The notes under the pieces were generated by a model. The model did not search any database, was not told the DNA's origin, and saw only the letters and a list, made by a program, of their open reading frames with translations. A stretch of 64,000 nt of DNA from Eledone cirrhosa (lineage: Eukaryota). This document shows positions 12,801 to 27,325 of the stretch, piece by piece. Each line of letters begins with the position of its first letter. Within the stretch, counting starts at the first letter, position 1. The stretch is from the NCBI GenBank assembly GCA_964016885.1, contig CAXHJY010000346.1:68001-132000 (forward strand), given 5' to 3'. The position numbers were made by a program, and so were the translations under genes.

Positions 12801-15800
12801 GATTTTACGGAGATATCTTGCTGGAATTCACGCCACACATAGCCAATGAGTGTCTGCACATGTACCAGTAATTACAGATCGATCCGACCACGGGCGGCCG
12901 GCCCGCGATTGAAAAGGTAACTCCGCCGGCAAATCGTCATTTTTGGATTCGTTTTCTTCGAAGCACACCATTCGCCGGCGGACTTTGCTGACGTTTAACA
13001 CGGTTTGGTTCCACAACCACAACTATTGATTTTACGGAGATATCTTGCTGAAATTCACGCCACACATAGCCAATGAGTGTCTGCACATGTACCAGTAATT
13101 ACAGATCGATCCGACCACGGGCGGCCGGCCCGCGATTGAAAAGGTAACTCCGCCGGCAAATCGTCATTTTTGGATTCGTTTTCTTCGAAGCACACCATTC
13201 GCCGGCGGACTTTGTTGACGTTTAACACGGTTTGGTTCCACAGCCACAACTATTGATTTTACGGAGATATCTTGCTGAAATTCACGCCACCCATAGCCAA
13301 TGAGTGTCTGCACATGTACCAGTAATTACAGATCGATCCGACCACGGGCGGCCGGCCCGCGATTGAAAAGGTAACTCCGCCGGCAAATCGTCATTTTTGG
13401 ATTCGTTTTCTTCGAAGCACACCATTCGCCGGCGGACTTTGCTGACGTTTAACACGGTTTGGTTCCACAGCCACAACTATTGATTTTACGGAGATATCTT
13501 GCTGAAATTCACGCCACACATAGCCAATGAGTGTCTGCACATGTACCAGTAATTACAGATCGATCCGACCACGGGCGGCCGGCCCGCGATTGAAAAGGTA
13601 ACTCCGCCGGCAAATCGTCATTTTTGGATTCGTTTTCTTCGAAGCACACCATTCGCCGGCGGACTTTGTTGACGTTTAACACGGTTTGGTTCCACAGCCA
13701 CAACTATTGATTTTACGGAGATATCTTGCTGAAATTCACGCCACCCATAGCCAATGAGTGTCTGCACATGTACCAGTAATTACAGATCGATCCGACCACG
13801 GGCGGCCGGCCCGCGATTGGAAAGGTAACTCCGCCGGCAAATCGTCATTTTTGGATTCGTTTTCTTCGAAGCACACCATTCGCCAGCGGACTTTGCTGAC
13901 GTTTAACACGGTTTGGTTCCACAGCCACAACTATTGATTTTACGGAGATATCTTGCTGAAATTCACGCCACACATAGCCAATGAGTGTCTGCACATGTAC
14001 CAGTAATTACAGATCGATCCGACCACGGGCGGCCGGCCCGCGATTGAAAAGGTAACTCCGCCGGCAAATCGTCATTTTTGGATTCGTTTTCTTCGAAGCA
14101 CACCATTCGCCGGCGGACTTTGCTGACGTTTAACACGGTTTGGTTCCACAGCCACAACTATTGATTTTACGGAGATATCTTGCTGGAATTCACGCCACAC
14201 ATAGCCAATGAGTGTCTGCACATGTACCAGTAATTACAGATCGATCCGACCACGGGCGGCCGGCCCGCGATTGAAAAGGTAACTCCGCCGGCAAATCGTC
14301 ATTTTTGGATTCGTTTTCTTCGAAGCACACCATTCGCCGGCGGACTTTGCTGACGTTTAACACGGTTTGGTTCCACAGCCACAACTATTGATTTTACGGA
14401 GATATCTTGCTGAAATTCACGCCACCCATAGCCAATGAGTGTCTGCACATGTACCAGTAATTACAGATCGATCCGACCACGGGCGGCCGGCCCGCGATTG
14501 AAAAGGTAACTCCGCCGGCAAATCGTCATTTTTGGATTCGTTTTCTTCGAAGCACACCATTCGCCGGCGGACTTTGCTGACGTTTAACACGGTTTGGTTC
14601 CACAACCACAACTATTGATTTTACGGAGATATCTTGCTGAAATTCACGCCACACATAGCCAATGAGTGTCTGCACATGTACCAGTAATTACAGATCGATC
14701 CGACCACGGGCGGCCGGCCCGCGATTGAAAAGGTAACTCCGCCGGCAAATCGTCATTTTTGGATTCGTTTTCTTCGAAGCACACCATTCGCCGGCGGACT
14801 TTGCTGACGTTTAACACGGTTTGGTTCCACAACCACAACTATTGATTTTACGGAGATATCTTGCTGGAATTCACGCCACACATAGCCAATGAGTGTCTGC
14901 ACATGTACCAGTAATTACAGATCGATCCGACCACGGGCGGCCGGCCCGCGATTGAAAAGGTAACTCCGCCGGCAAATCGTCATTTTTGGATTCGTTTTCT
15001 TCGAAGCACACCATTCGCCGGCGGACTTTGTTGACGTTTAACACGGTTTGGTTCCACAGCCACAACTATTGATTTTACGGAGATATCTTGCTGAAATTCA
15101 CGCCACCCATAGCCAATGAGTGTCTGCACATGTACCAGTAATTACAGATCGATCCGACCACGGGCGGCCGGCCCGCGATTGAAAAGGTAACTCCGCCGGC
15201 AAATCGTCATTTTTGGATTCGTTTTCTTCGAAGCACACCATTCGCCGGCGGACTTTGCTGACGTTTAACACGGTTTGGTTCCACAGCCACAACTATTGAT
15301 TTTACGGAGATATCTTGCTGAAATTCACGCCACCCATAGCCAATGAGTGTCTGCACATCTACCAGTAATTACAGATCGATCCGACCACGGGCGGCCGGCC
15401 CGCGATTGAAAAGGTAACTCCGCCGGCAAATCGTCATTTTTGGATTCGTTTTCTTCGAAGCACACCATTCGCCGGCGGACTTTGCTGACGTTTAACACGG
15501 TTTGGTTCCACAGCCACAACTATTGATTTTACGGAGATATCTTGCTGAAATTCACGCCACACATAGCCAATGAGTGTCTGCACATGTACCAGTAATTACA
15601 GATCGACCCGACCACGGGCGGCCGGCCCGCGATTGAAAAGGTAACTCCGCCGGCAAATCGTCATTTTTGGATTCGTTTTCTTCGAAGCACACCATTCGCC
15701 GGCGGACTTTGTTGACGTTTAACACGGTTTGGTTCCACAGCCACAACTATTGATTTTACGGAGATATCTTGCTGAAATTCACGCCACACATAGCCAATGA

Positions 15801-16654
15801 GTGTCTGCACATGTACCAGTAATTACAGATCGATCCGACCACGGGCGGCCGGGCCGCGATTGAAAAGGTAACTCCGCCGGCAAATCGTCATTTTTGGATT
15901 CGTTTTCTTCGAAGCACACCATTCGCCGGCGGACTTTGCTGACGTTTAACACGGTTTGGTTCCACAGCCACAACTATTGATTTTACGGAGATATCTTGCT
16001 GAAATTCACGCCACACATAGCCAATGAGTGTCTGCACATGTACCAGTAATTACAGATCGATCCGACCACGGGCGGCCGGCCCGCGATTGAAAAGGTAACT
16101 CCGCCGGCAAATCGTCATTTTTGGATTCGTTTTCTTCGAAGCACACCATTCGCCGGCGGACTTTGTTGACGTTTAACACGGTTTGGTTCCACAGCCACAA
16201 CTATTGATTTTACGGAGATATCTTGCTGAAATTCACGCCACACATAGCCAATGAGTGTCTGCACATGTACCAGTAATTACAGATCGATCCGACCACGGGC
16301 GGCCGGCCCGCGATTGAAAAGGTAACTCCGCCGGCAAATCGTCATTTTTGGATTCGTTTTCTTCGAAGCACACCATTTGCCGGCGGACTTTGCTGACGTT
16401 TAACACGGTTTGGTTCCACAGCCACAACTATTGATTTTACGGAGATATCTTGCTGGAATTCACGCCACACATAGCCAATGAGTGTCTGCACATGTACCAG
16501 TAATTACAGATCGATCCGACCACGGGCGGCCGGCCCGCGATTGAAAAGGTAACTCCGCCGGCAAATCGTCATTTTTGGATTCGTTTTCTTCGAAGCACAC
16601 CATTTGCCGGCGGACTTTGCTGACGTTTAACACGGTTTGGTTCCACAGCCACAA
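3521..16654. repeat. Block of about 23 monomers (3521-8709) repeated at 11466-16654; offset 35 monomers (7945 bp)
   Basis: Rare alleles recur at +7945: gccag (ORFs 3748/11693 and 5791/13736), the catct-gaccc-gggcc triad (7380/15325) and the double atttg (8288,8515 / 16233,16460). Confidence 0.85.
8742..11433. repeat. Near-exact tandem duplication of a 6-monomer unit (1362 bp)
   Basis: The variant order at 8742-10071 repeats at 10104-11433 (attgg allele followed by atttg allele at 9423/9650 and 10785/11012). One caacc/cagcc difference falls in the last monomer. Confidence 0.7.
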
Positions 16655-16913
16655 CTATTGATTTTACGGAGATATCTTGCTGGAATTCACGCCACACATA
16701 GCCAATGAGTGTCTGCACATGTACCAGTAATTACAGATCGATCCGACCACGGGCGGCCGGCCCGCGATTGAAAAGGTAACTCCGCCGGCAAATCGTCATT
16801 TTTGGATTCGTTTTCTTCGAAGCACACCATTCGCCGGCGGACTTTGCTGACGTTTAACACGGTTTGGTTCCACAGCCACAACTATTGATTTTACGGAGAT
16901 ATCTTGCTGGAAT

Positions 16914-19900
16914 TCACGCCACACATAGCCAATGAGTGTCTGCACATGTACCAGTAATTACAGATCGATCCGACCACGGGCGGCCGGCCCGCGATTGAAA
17001 AGGTAACTCCGCCGGCAAATCGTCATTTTTGGATTCGTTTTCTTCGAAGCACACCATTCGCCGGCGGACTTTGCTGACGTTTAACACGGTTTGGTTCCAC
17101 AACCACAACTATTGATTTTACGGAGATATCTTGCTGGAATTCACGCCACTCATAGCCAATGAGTGTCTGCACATGTACCAGTAATTACAGATCGATCCGA
17201 CCACGGGCGGCCGGCCCGCGATTGAAAAGGTAACTCCGCCGGCAAATCGTCATTTTTGGATTCGTTTTCTTCGAAGCACACCATTCGCCGGCGGACTTTG
17301 TTGACGTTTAACACGGTTTGGTTCCACAGCCACAACTATTGATTTTACGGAGATATCTTGCTGAAATTCACGCCACCCATAGCCAATGAGTGTCTGCACA
17401 TGTACCAGTAATTACAGATCGATCCGACCACGGGCGGCCGGCCCGCGATTGAAAAGGTAACTCCGCCGGCAAATCGTCATTTTTGGATTCGTTTTCTTCG
17501 AAGCACACCATTCGCCGGCGGACTTTGCTGACGTTTAACACGGTTTGGTTCCACAACCACAACTATTGATTTTACGGAGATATCTTGCTGAAATTCACGC
17601 CACACATAGCCAATGAGTGTCTGCACATGTACCAGTAATTACAGATCGATCCGACCACGGGCGGCCGGCCCGCGATTTAAAAAGGTAACTCCGCCGGCAA
17701 ATCGTCATTTTTGGATTCGTTTTCTTCGAAGCACACCATTCGCCGGCGGACTTTGCTGACGTTTAACACGGTTTGGTTCCACAACCACAACTATTGATTT
17801 TACGGAGATATCTTGCTGAAATTCACGCCACACATAGCCAATGAGTGTCTGCACATGTACCAGTAATTACAGATCGATCCGACCACGGGCGGCCGGCCCG
17901 CGATTGAAAAGGTAACTCCGCCGGCAAATCGTCATTTTTGGATTCGTTTTCTTCGAAGCACACCATTTGCCGGCGGACTTTGCTGACGTTTAACACGGTT
18001 TGGTTCCACAGCCACAACTATTGATTTTACGGAGATATCTTGCTGGAATTCACGCCACACATAGCCAATGAGTGTCTGCACATGTACCAGTAATTACAGA
18101 TCGATCCGACCACGGGCGGCCGGCCCGCGATTGAAAAGGTAACTCCGCCGGCAAATCGTCATTTTTGGATTCGTTTTCTTCGAAGCACACCATTCGCCGG
18201 CGGACTTTGTTGACGTTTAACACGGTTTGGTTCCACAGCCACAACTATTGATTTTACGGAGATATCTTGCTGAAATTCACGCCACCCATAGCCAATGAGT
18301 GTCTGCACATGTACCAGTAATTACAGATCGATCCGACCACGGGCGGCCGGCCCGCGATTGGAAAGGTAACTCCGCCGGCAAATCGTCATTTTTGGATTCG
18401 TTTTCTTCGAAGCACACCATTCGCCGGCGGACTTTGCTGACGTTTAACACGGTTTGGTTCCACAGCCACAACTATTGATTTTACGGAGATATCTTGCTGG
18501 AATTCACGCCACACATAGCCAATGAGTGTCTGCACATGTACCAGTAATTACAGATCGATCCGACCACGGGCGGCCGGCCCGCGATTGAAAAGGTAACTCC
18601 GCCGGCAAATCGTCATTTTTGGATTCGTTTTCTTCGAAGCACACCATTCGCCGGCGGACTTTGCTGACGTTTAACACGGTTTGGTTCCACAGCCACAACT
18701 ATTGATTTTACGGAGATATCTTGCTGGAATTCACGCCACACATAGCCAATGAGTGTCTGCACATGTACCAGTAATTACAGATCGATCCGACCACGGGCGG
18801 CCGGCCCGCGATTGAAAAGGTAACTCCGCCGGCAAATCGTCATTTTTGGATTCGTTTTCTTCGAAGCACACCATTCGCCGGCGGACTTTGTTGACGTTTA
18901 ACACGGTTTGGTTCCACAGCCACAACTATTGATTTTACGGAGATATCTTGCTGAAATTCACGCCACCCATAGCCAATGAGTGTCTGCACATGTACCAGTA
19001 ATTACAGATCGATCCGACCACGGGCGGCCGGCCCGCGATTGAAAAGGTAACTCCGCCGGCAAATCGTCATTTTTGGATTCGTTTTCTTCGAAGCACACCA
19101 TTCGCCGGCGGACTTTGTTGACGTTTAACACGGTTTGGTTCCACAGCCACAACTATTGATTTTACGGAGATATCTTGCTGAAATTCACGCCACCCATAGC
19201 CAATGAGTGTCTGCACATGTACCAGTAATTACAGATCGATCCGACCACGGGCGGCCGGCCCGCGATTGAAAAGGTAACTCCGCCGGCAAATCGTCATTTT
19301 TGGATTCGTTTTCTTCGAAGCACACCATTCGCCGGCGGACTTTGCTGACGTTTAACACGGTTTGGTTCCACAGCCACAACTATTGATTTTACGGAGATAT
19401 CTTGCTGAAATTCACGCCACCCATAGCCAATGAGTGTCTGCACATCTACCAGTAATTACAGATCGATCCGACCACGGGCGGCCGGCCCGCGATTTAAAAG
19501 GTAACTCCGCCGGCAAATCGTCATTTTTGGATTCGTTTTCTTCGAAGCACACCATTCGCCGGCGGACTTTGCTGACGTTTAACACGGTTTGGTTCCACAG
19601 CCACAACTATTGATTTTACGGAGATATCTTGCTGAAATTCACGCCACACATAGCCAATGAGTGTCTGCACATGTACCAGTAATTACAGATCGACCCGACC
19701 ACGGGCGGCCGGCCCGCGATTGAAAAGGTAACTCCGCCGGCAAATCGTCATTTTTGGATTCGTTTTCTTCGAAGCACACCATTCGCCGGCGGACTTTGTT
19801 GACGTTTAACACGGTTTGGTTCCACAGCCACAACTATTGATTTTACGGAGATATCTTGCTGAAATTCACGCCACACATAGCCAATGAGTGTCTGCACATG

Positions 19901-22900
19901 TACCAGTAATTACAGATCGATCCGACCACGGGCGGCCGGGCCGCGATTGAAAAGGTAACTCCGCCGGCAAATCGTCATTTTTGGATTCGTTTTCTTCGAA
20001 GCACACCATTCGCCGGCGGACTTTGCTGACGTTTAACACGGTTTGGTTCCACAGCCACAACTATTGATTTTACGGAGATATCTTGCTGAAATTCACGCCA
20101 CACATAGCCAATGAGTGTCTGCACATGTACCAGTAATTACAGATCGATCCGACCACGGGCGGCCGGCCCGCGATTGAAAAGGTAACTCCGCCGGCAAATC
20201 GTCATTTTTGGATTCGTTTTCTTCGAAGCACACCATTTGCCGGCGGACTTTGCTGACGTTTAACACGGTTTGGTTCCACAGCCACAACTATTGATTTTAC
20301 GGAGATATCTTGCTGGAATTCACGCCACACATAGCCAATGAGTGTCTGCACATGTACCAGTAATTACAGATCGATCCGACCACGGGCGGCCGGCCCGCGA
20401 TTGAAAAGGTAACTCCGCCGGCAAATCGTCATTTTTGGATTCGTTTTCTTCGAAGCACACCATTCGCCGGCGGACTTTGTTGACGTTTAACACGGTTTGG
20501 TTCCACAGCCACAACTATTGATTTTACGGAGATATCTTGCTGAAATTCACGCCACCCATAGCCAATGAGTGTCTGCACATGTACCAGTAATTACAGATCG
20601 ATCCGACCACGGGCGGCCGGCCCGCGATTGAAAAGGTAACTCCGCCGGCAAATCGTCATTTTTGGATTCGTTTTCTTCGAAGCACACCATTCGCCGGCGG
20701 ACTTTGTTGACGTTTAACACGGTTTGGTTCCACAGCCACAACTATTGATTTTACGGAGATATCTTGCTGAAATTCACGCCACCCATAGCCAATGAGTGTC
20801 TGCACATCTACCAGTAATTACAGATCGATCCGACCACGGGCGGCCGGCCCGCGATTTAAAAGGTAACTCCGCCGGCAAATCGTCATTTTTGGATTCGTTT
20901 TCTTCGAAGCACACCATTCGCCGGCGGACTTTGCTGACGTTTAACACGGTTTGGTTCCACAGCCACAACTATTGATTTTACGGAGATATCTTGCTGAAAT
21001 TCACGCCACACATAGCCAATGAGTGTCTGCACATGTACCAGTAATTACAGATCGACCCGACCACGGGCGGCCGGCCCGCGATTGAAAAGGTAACTCCGCC
21101 GGCAAATCGTCATTTTTGGATTCGTTTTCTTCGAAGCACACCATTCGCCGGCGGACTTTGTTGACGTTTAACACGGTTTGGTTCCACAGCCACAACTATT
21201 GATTTTACGGAGATATCTTGCTGAAATTCACGCCACACATAGCCAATGAGTGTCTGCACATGTACCAGTAATTACAGATCGATCCGACCACGGGCGGCCG
21301 GGCCGCGATTGAAAAGGTAACTCCGCCGGCAAATCGTCATTTTTGGATTCGTTTTCTTCGAAGCACACCATTCGCCGGCGGACTTTGCTGACGTTTAACA
21401 CGGTTTGGTTCCACAGCCACAACTATTGATTTTACGGAGATATCTTGCTGAAATTCACGCCACACATAGCCAATGAGTGTCTGCACATGTACCAGTAATT
21501 ACAGATCGATCCGACCACGGGCGGCCGGCCCGCGATTGAAAAGGTAACTCCGCCGGCAAATCGTCATTTTTGGATTCGTTTTCTTCGAAGCACACCATTT
21601 GCCGGCGGACTTTGCTGACGTTTAACACGGTTTGGTTCCACAGCCACAACTATTGATTTTACGGAGATATCTTGCTGGAATTCACGCCACACATAGCCAA
21701 TGAGTGTCTGCACATGTACCAGTAATTACAGATCGATCCGACCACGGGCGGCCGGCCCGCGATTGAAAAGGTAACTCCGCCGGCAAATCGTCATTTTTGG
21801 ATTCGTTTTCTTCGAAGCACACCATTCGCCGGCGGACTTTGTTGACGTTTAACACGGTTTGGTTCCACAGCCACAACTATTGATTTTACGGAGATATCTT
21901 GCTGAAATTCACGCCACCCATAGCCAATGAGTGTCTGCACATGTACCAGTAATTACAGATCGATCCGACCACGGGCGGCCGGCCCGCGATTGAAAAGGTA
22001 ACTCCGCCGGCAAATCGTCATTTTTGGATTCGTTTTCTTCGAAGCACACCATTCGCCGGCGGACTTTGTTGACGTTTAACACGGTTTGGTTCCACAGCCA
22101 CAACTATTGATTTTACGGAGATATCTTGCTGAAATTCACGCCACCCATAGCCAATGAGTGTCTGCACATGTACCAGTAATTACAGATCGATCCGACCACG
22201 GGCGGCCGGCCCGCGATTGAAAAGGTAACTCCGCCGGCAAATCGTCATTTTTGGATTCGTTTTCTTCGAAGCACACCATTCGCCGGCGGACTTTGCTGAC
22301 GTTTAACACGGTTTGGTTCCACAACCACAACTATTGATTTTACGGAGATATCTTGCTGAAATTCACGCCACACATAGCCAATGAGTGTCTGCACATGTAC
22401 CAGTAATTACAGATCGATCCGACCACGGGCGGCCGGCCCGCGATTGAAAAGGTAACTCCGCCGGCAAATCGTCATTTTTGGATTCGTTTTCTTCGAAGCA
22501 CACCATTCGCCGGCGGACTTTGCTGACGTTTAACACGGTTTGGTTCCACAACCACAACTATTGATTTTACGGAGATATCTTGCTGAAATTCACGCCACAC
22601 ATAGCCAATGAGTGTCTGCACATGTACCAGTAATTACAGATCGATCCGACCACGGGCGGCCGGCCCGCGATTGAAAAGGTAACTCCGCCGGCAAATCGTC
22701 ATTTTTGGATTCGTTTTCTTCGAAGCACACCATTCGCCGGCGGACTTTGCTGACGTTTAACACGGTTTGGTTCCACAACCACAACTATTGATTTTACGGA
22801 GATATCTTGCTGAAATTCACGCCACACATAGCCAATGAGTGTCTGCACATGTACCAGTAATTACAGATCGATCCGACCACGGGCGGCCGGCCCGCGATTG

Positions 22901-25900
22901 AAAAGGTAACTCCGCCGGCAAATCGTCATTTTTGGATTCGTTTTCTTCGAAGCACACCATTCGCCGGCGGACTTTGTTGACGTTTAACACGGTTTGGTTC
23001 CACAGCCACAACTATTGATTTTACGGAGATATCTTGCTGAAATTCACGCCACCCATAGCCAATGAGTGTCTGCACATGTACCAGTAATTACAGATCGATC
23101 CGACCACGGGCGGCCGGCCCGCGATTGAAAAGGTAACTCCGCCGGCAAATCGTCATTTTTGGATTCGTTTTCTTCGAAGCACACCATTCGCCGGCGGACT
23201 TTGCTGACGTTTAACACGGTTTGGTTCCACAACCACAACTATTGATTTTACGGAGATATCTTGCTGAAATTCACGCCACACATAGCCAATGAGTGTCTGC
23301 ACATGTACCAGTAATTACAGATCGATCCGACCACGGGCGGCCGGCCCGCGATTGAAAAGGTAACTCCGCCGGCAAATCGTCATTTTTGGATTCGTTTTCT
23401 TCGAAGCACACCATTCGCCGGCGGACTTTGCTGACGTTTAACACGGTTTGGTTCCACAACCACAACTATTGATTTTACGGAGATATCTTGCTGAAATTCA
23501 CGCCACACATAGCCAATGAGTGTCTGCACATGTACCAGTAATTACAGATCGATCCGACCACGGGCGGCCGGCCCGCGATTGAAAAGGTAACTCCGCCGGC
23601 AAATCGTCATTTTTGGATTCGTTTTCTTCGAAGCACACCATTCGCCGGCGGACTTTGTTGACGTTTAACACGGTTTGGTTCCACAGCCACAACTATTGAT
23701 TTTACGGAGATATCTTGCTGAAATTCACGCCACCCATAGCCAATGAGTGTCTGCACATGTACCAGTAATTACAGATCGATCCGACCACGGGCGGCCGGCC
23801 CGCGATTGAAAAGGTAACTCCGCCGGCAAATCGTCATTTTTGGATTCGTTTTCTTCGAAGCACACCATTCGCCGGCGGACTTTGCTGACGTTTAACACGG
23901 TTTGGTTCCACAGCCACAACTATTGATTTTACGGAGATATCTTGCTGAAATTCACGCCACCCATAGCCAATGAGTGTCTGCACATCTACCAGTAATTACA
24001 GATCGATCCGACCACGGGCGGCCGGGCCGCGATTGAAAAGGTAACTCCGCCGGCAAATCGTCATTTTTGGATTCGTTTTCTTCGAAGCACACCATTCGCC
24101 GGCGGACTTTGTTGACGTTTAACACGGTTTGGTTCCACAGCCACAACTATTGATTTTACGGAGATATCTTGCTGAAATTCACGCCACCCATAGCCAATGA
24201 GTGTCTGCACATGTACCAGTAATTACAGATCGATCCGACCACGGGCGGCCGGCCCGCGATTGAAAAGGTAACTCCGCCGGCAAATCGTCATTTTTGGATT
24301 CGTTTTCTTCGAAGCACACCATTCGCCGGCGGACTTTGCTGACGTTTAACACGGTTTGGTTCCACAGCCACAACTATTGATTTTACGGAGATATCTTGCT
24401 GAAATTCACGCCACCCATAGCCAATGAGTGTCTGCACATGTACCAGTAATTACAGATCGACCCGACCACGGGCGGCCGGGCCGCGATTGAAAAGGTAACT
24501 CCGCCGGCAAATCGTCATTTTTGGATTCGTTTTCTTCGAAGCACACCATTCGCCGGCGGACTTTGCTGACGTTTAACACGGTTTGGTTCCACAGCCACAA
24601 CTATTGATTTTACGGAGATATCTTGCTGAAATTCACGCCACACATAGCCAATGAGTGTCTGCACATGTACCAGTAATTACAGATCGATCCGACCACGGGC
24701 GGCCGGCCCGCGATTGAAAAGGTAACTCCGCCGGCAAATCGTCATTTTTGGATTCGTTTTCTTCGAAGCACACCATTTGCCGGCGGACTTTGCTGACGTT
24801 TAACACGGTTTGGTTCCACAGCCACAACTATTGATTTTACGGAGATATCTTGCTGGAATTCACGCCACACATAGCCAATGAGTGTCTGCACATGTACCAG
24901 TAATTACAGATCGATCCGACCACGGGCGGCCGGCCCGCGATTGAAAAGGTAACTCCGCCGGCAAATCGTCATTTTTGGATTCGTTTTCTTCGAAGCACAC
25001 CATTTGCCGGCGGACTTTGCTGACGTTTAACACGGTTTGGTTCCACAGCCACAACTATTGATTTTACGGAGATATCTTGCTGGAATTCACGCCACACATA
25101 GCCAATGAGTGTCTGCACATGTACCAGTAATTACAGATCGATCCGACCACGGGCGGCCGGCCCGCGATTGAAAAGGTAACTCCGCCGGCAAATCGTCATT
25201 TTTGGATTCGTTTTCTTCGAAGCACACCATTCGCCGGCGGACTTTGTTGACGTTTAACACGGTTTGGTTCCACAGCCACAACTATTGATTTTACGGAGAT
25301 ATCTTGCTGAAATTCACGCCACCCATAGCCAATGAGTGTCTGCACATGTACCAGTAATTACAGATCGATCCGACCACGGGCGGCCGGCCCGCGATTGAAA
25401 AGGTAACTCCGCCGGCAAATCGTCATTTTTGGATTCGTTTTCTTCGAAGCACACCATTCGCCGGCGGACTTTGCTGACGTTTAACACGGTTTGGTTCCAC
25501 AACCACAACTATTGATTTTACGGAGATATCTTGCTGAAATTCACGCCACACATAGCCAATGAGTGTCTGCACATGTACCAGTAATTACAGATCGATCCGA
25601 CCACGGGCGGCCGGCCCGCGATTGAAAAGGTAACTCCGCCGGCAAATCGTCATTTTTGGATTCGTTTTCTTCGAAGCACACCATTCGCCGGCGGACTTTG
25701 CTGACGTTTAACACGGTTTGGTTCCACAACCACAACTATTGATTTTACGGAGATATCTTGCTGGAATTCACGCCACTCATAGCCAATGAGTGTCTGCACA
25801 TGTACCAGTAATTACAGATCGATCCGACCACGGGCGGCCGGCCCGCGATTGAAAAGGTAACTCCGCCGGCAAATCGTCATTTTTGGATTCGTTTTCTTCG

Positions 25901-27325
25901 AAGCACACCATTCGCCGGCGGACTTTGTTGACGTTTAACACGGTTTGGTTCCACAGCCACAACTATTGATTTTACGGAGATATCTTGCTGAAATTCACGC
26001 CACCCATAGCCAATGAGTGTCTGCACATGTACCAGTAATTACAGATCGATCCGACCACGGGCGGCCGGCCCGCGATTGAAAAGGTAACTCCGCCGGCAAA
26101 TCGTCATTTTTGGATTCGTTTTCTTCGAAGCACACCATTCGCCGGCGGACTTTGCTGACGTTTAACACGGTTTGGTTCCACAACCACAACTATTGATTTT
26201 ACGGAGATATCTTGCTGAAATTCACGCCACACATAGCCAATGAGTGTCTGCACATGTACCAGTAATTACAGATCGATCCGACCACGGGCGGCCGGCCCGC
26301 GATTTAAAAAGGTAACTCCGCCGGCAAATCGTCATTTTTGGATTCGTTTTCTTCGAAGCACACCATTCGCCGGCGGACTTTGCTGACGTTTAACACGGTT
26401 TGGTTCCACAACCACAACTATTGATTTTACGGAGATATCTTGCTGAAATTCACGCCACACATAGCCAATGAGTGTCTGCACATGTACCAGTAATTACAGA
26501 TCGATCCGACCACGGGCGGCCGGCCCGCGATTGAAAAGGTAACTCCGCCGGCAAATCGTCATTTTTGGATTCGTTTTCTTCGAAGCACACCATTTGCCGG
26601 CGGACTTTGCTGACGTTTAACACGGTTTGGTTCCACAGCCACAACTATTGATTTTACGGAGATATCTTGCTGGAATTCACGCCACACATAGCCAATGAGT
26701 GTCTGCACATGTACCAGTAATTACAGATCGATCCGACCACGGGCGGCCGGCCCGCGATTGAAAAGGTAACTCCGCCGGCAAATCGTCATTTTTGGATTCG
26801 TTTTCTTCGAAGCACACCATTCGCCGGCGGACTTTGTTGACGTTTAACACGGTTTGGTTCCACAGCCACAACTATTGATTTTACGGAGATATCTTGCTGA
26901 AATTCACGCCACCCATAGCCAATGAGTGTCTGCACATGTACCAGTAATTACAGATCGATCCGACCACGGGCGGCCGGCCCGCGATTGGAAAGGTAACTCC
27001 GCCGGCAAATCGTCATTTTTGGATTCGTTTTCTTCGAAGCACACCATTCGCCGGCGGACTTTGCTGACGTTTAACACGGTTTGGTTCCACAGCCACAACT
27101 ATTGATTTTACGGAGATATCTTGCTGAAATTCACGCCACACATAGCCAATGAGTGTCTGCACATGTACCAGTAATTACAGATCGATCCGACCACGGGCGG
27201 CCGGCCCGCGATTGAAAAGGTAACTCCGCCGGCAAATCGTCATTTTTGGATTCGTTTTCTTCGAAGCACACCATTCGCCGGCGGACTTTGCTGACGTTTA
27301 ACACGGTTTGGTTCCACAGCCACAA
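16914..27325. repeat. Block of about 8 monomers (16914-18698) repeated at 25541-27325; offset 38 monomers + 1 bp (8627 bp)
   Basis: Both copies share the rare allele ccactcat (17150, 25777) and the 228-bp monomer with gatttaaaaagg (17678, 26305). Confidence 0.85.
19412..22103. repeat. Tandem duplication of a 6-monomer unit (1362 bp)
   Basis: The gatttaaaagg allele (PFKS in the ORF track) occurs only in ORFs 19412 and 20774, each followed by the same five monomer types. Confidence 0.85.
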
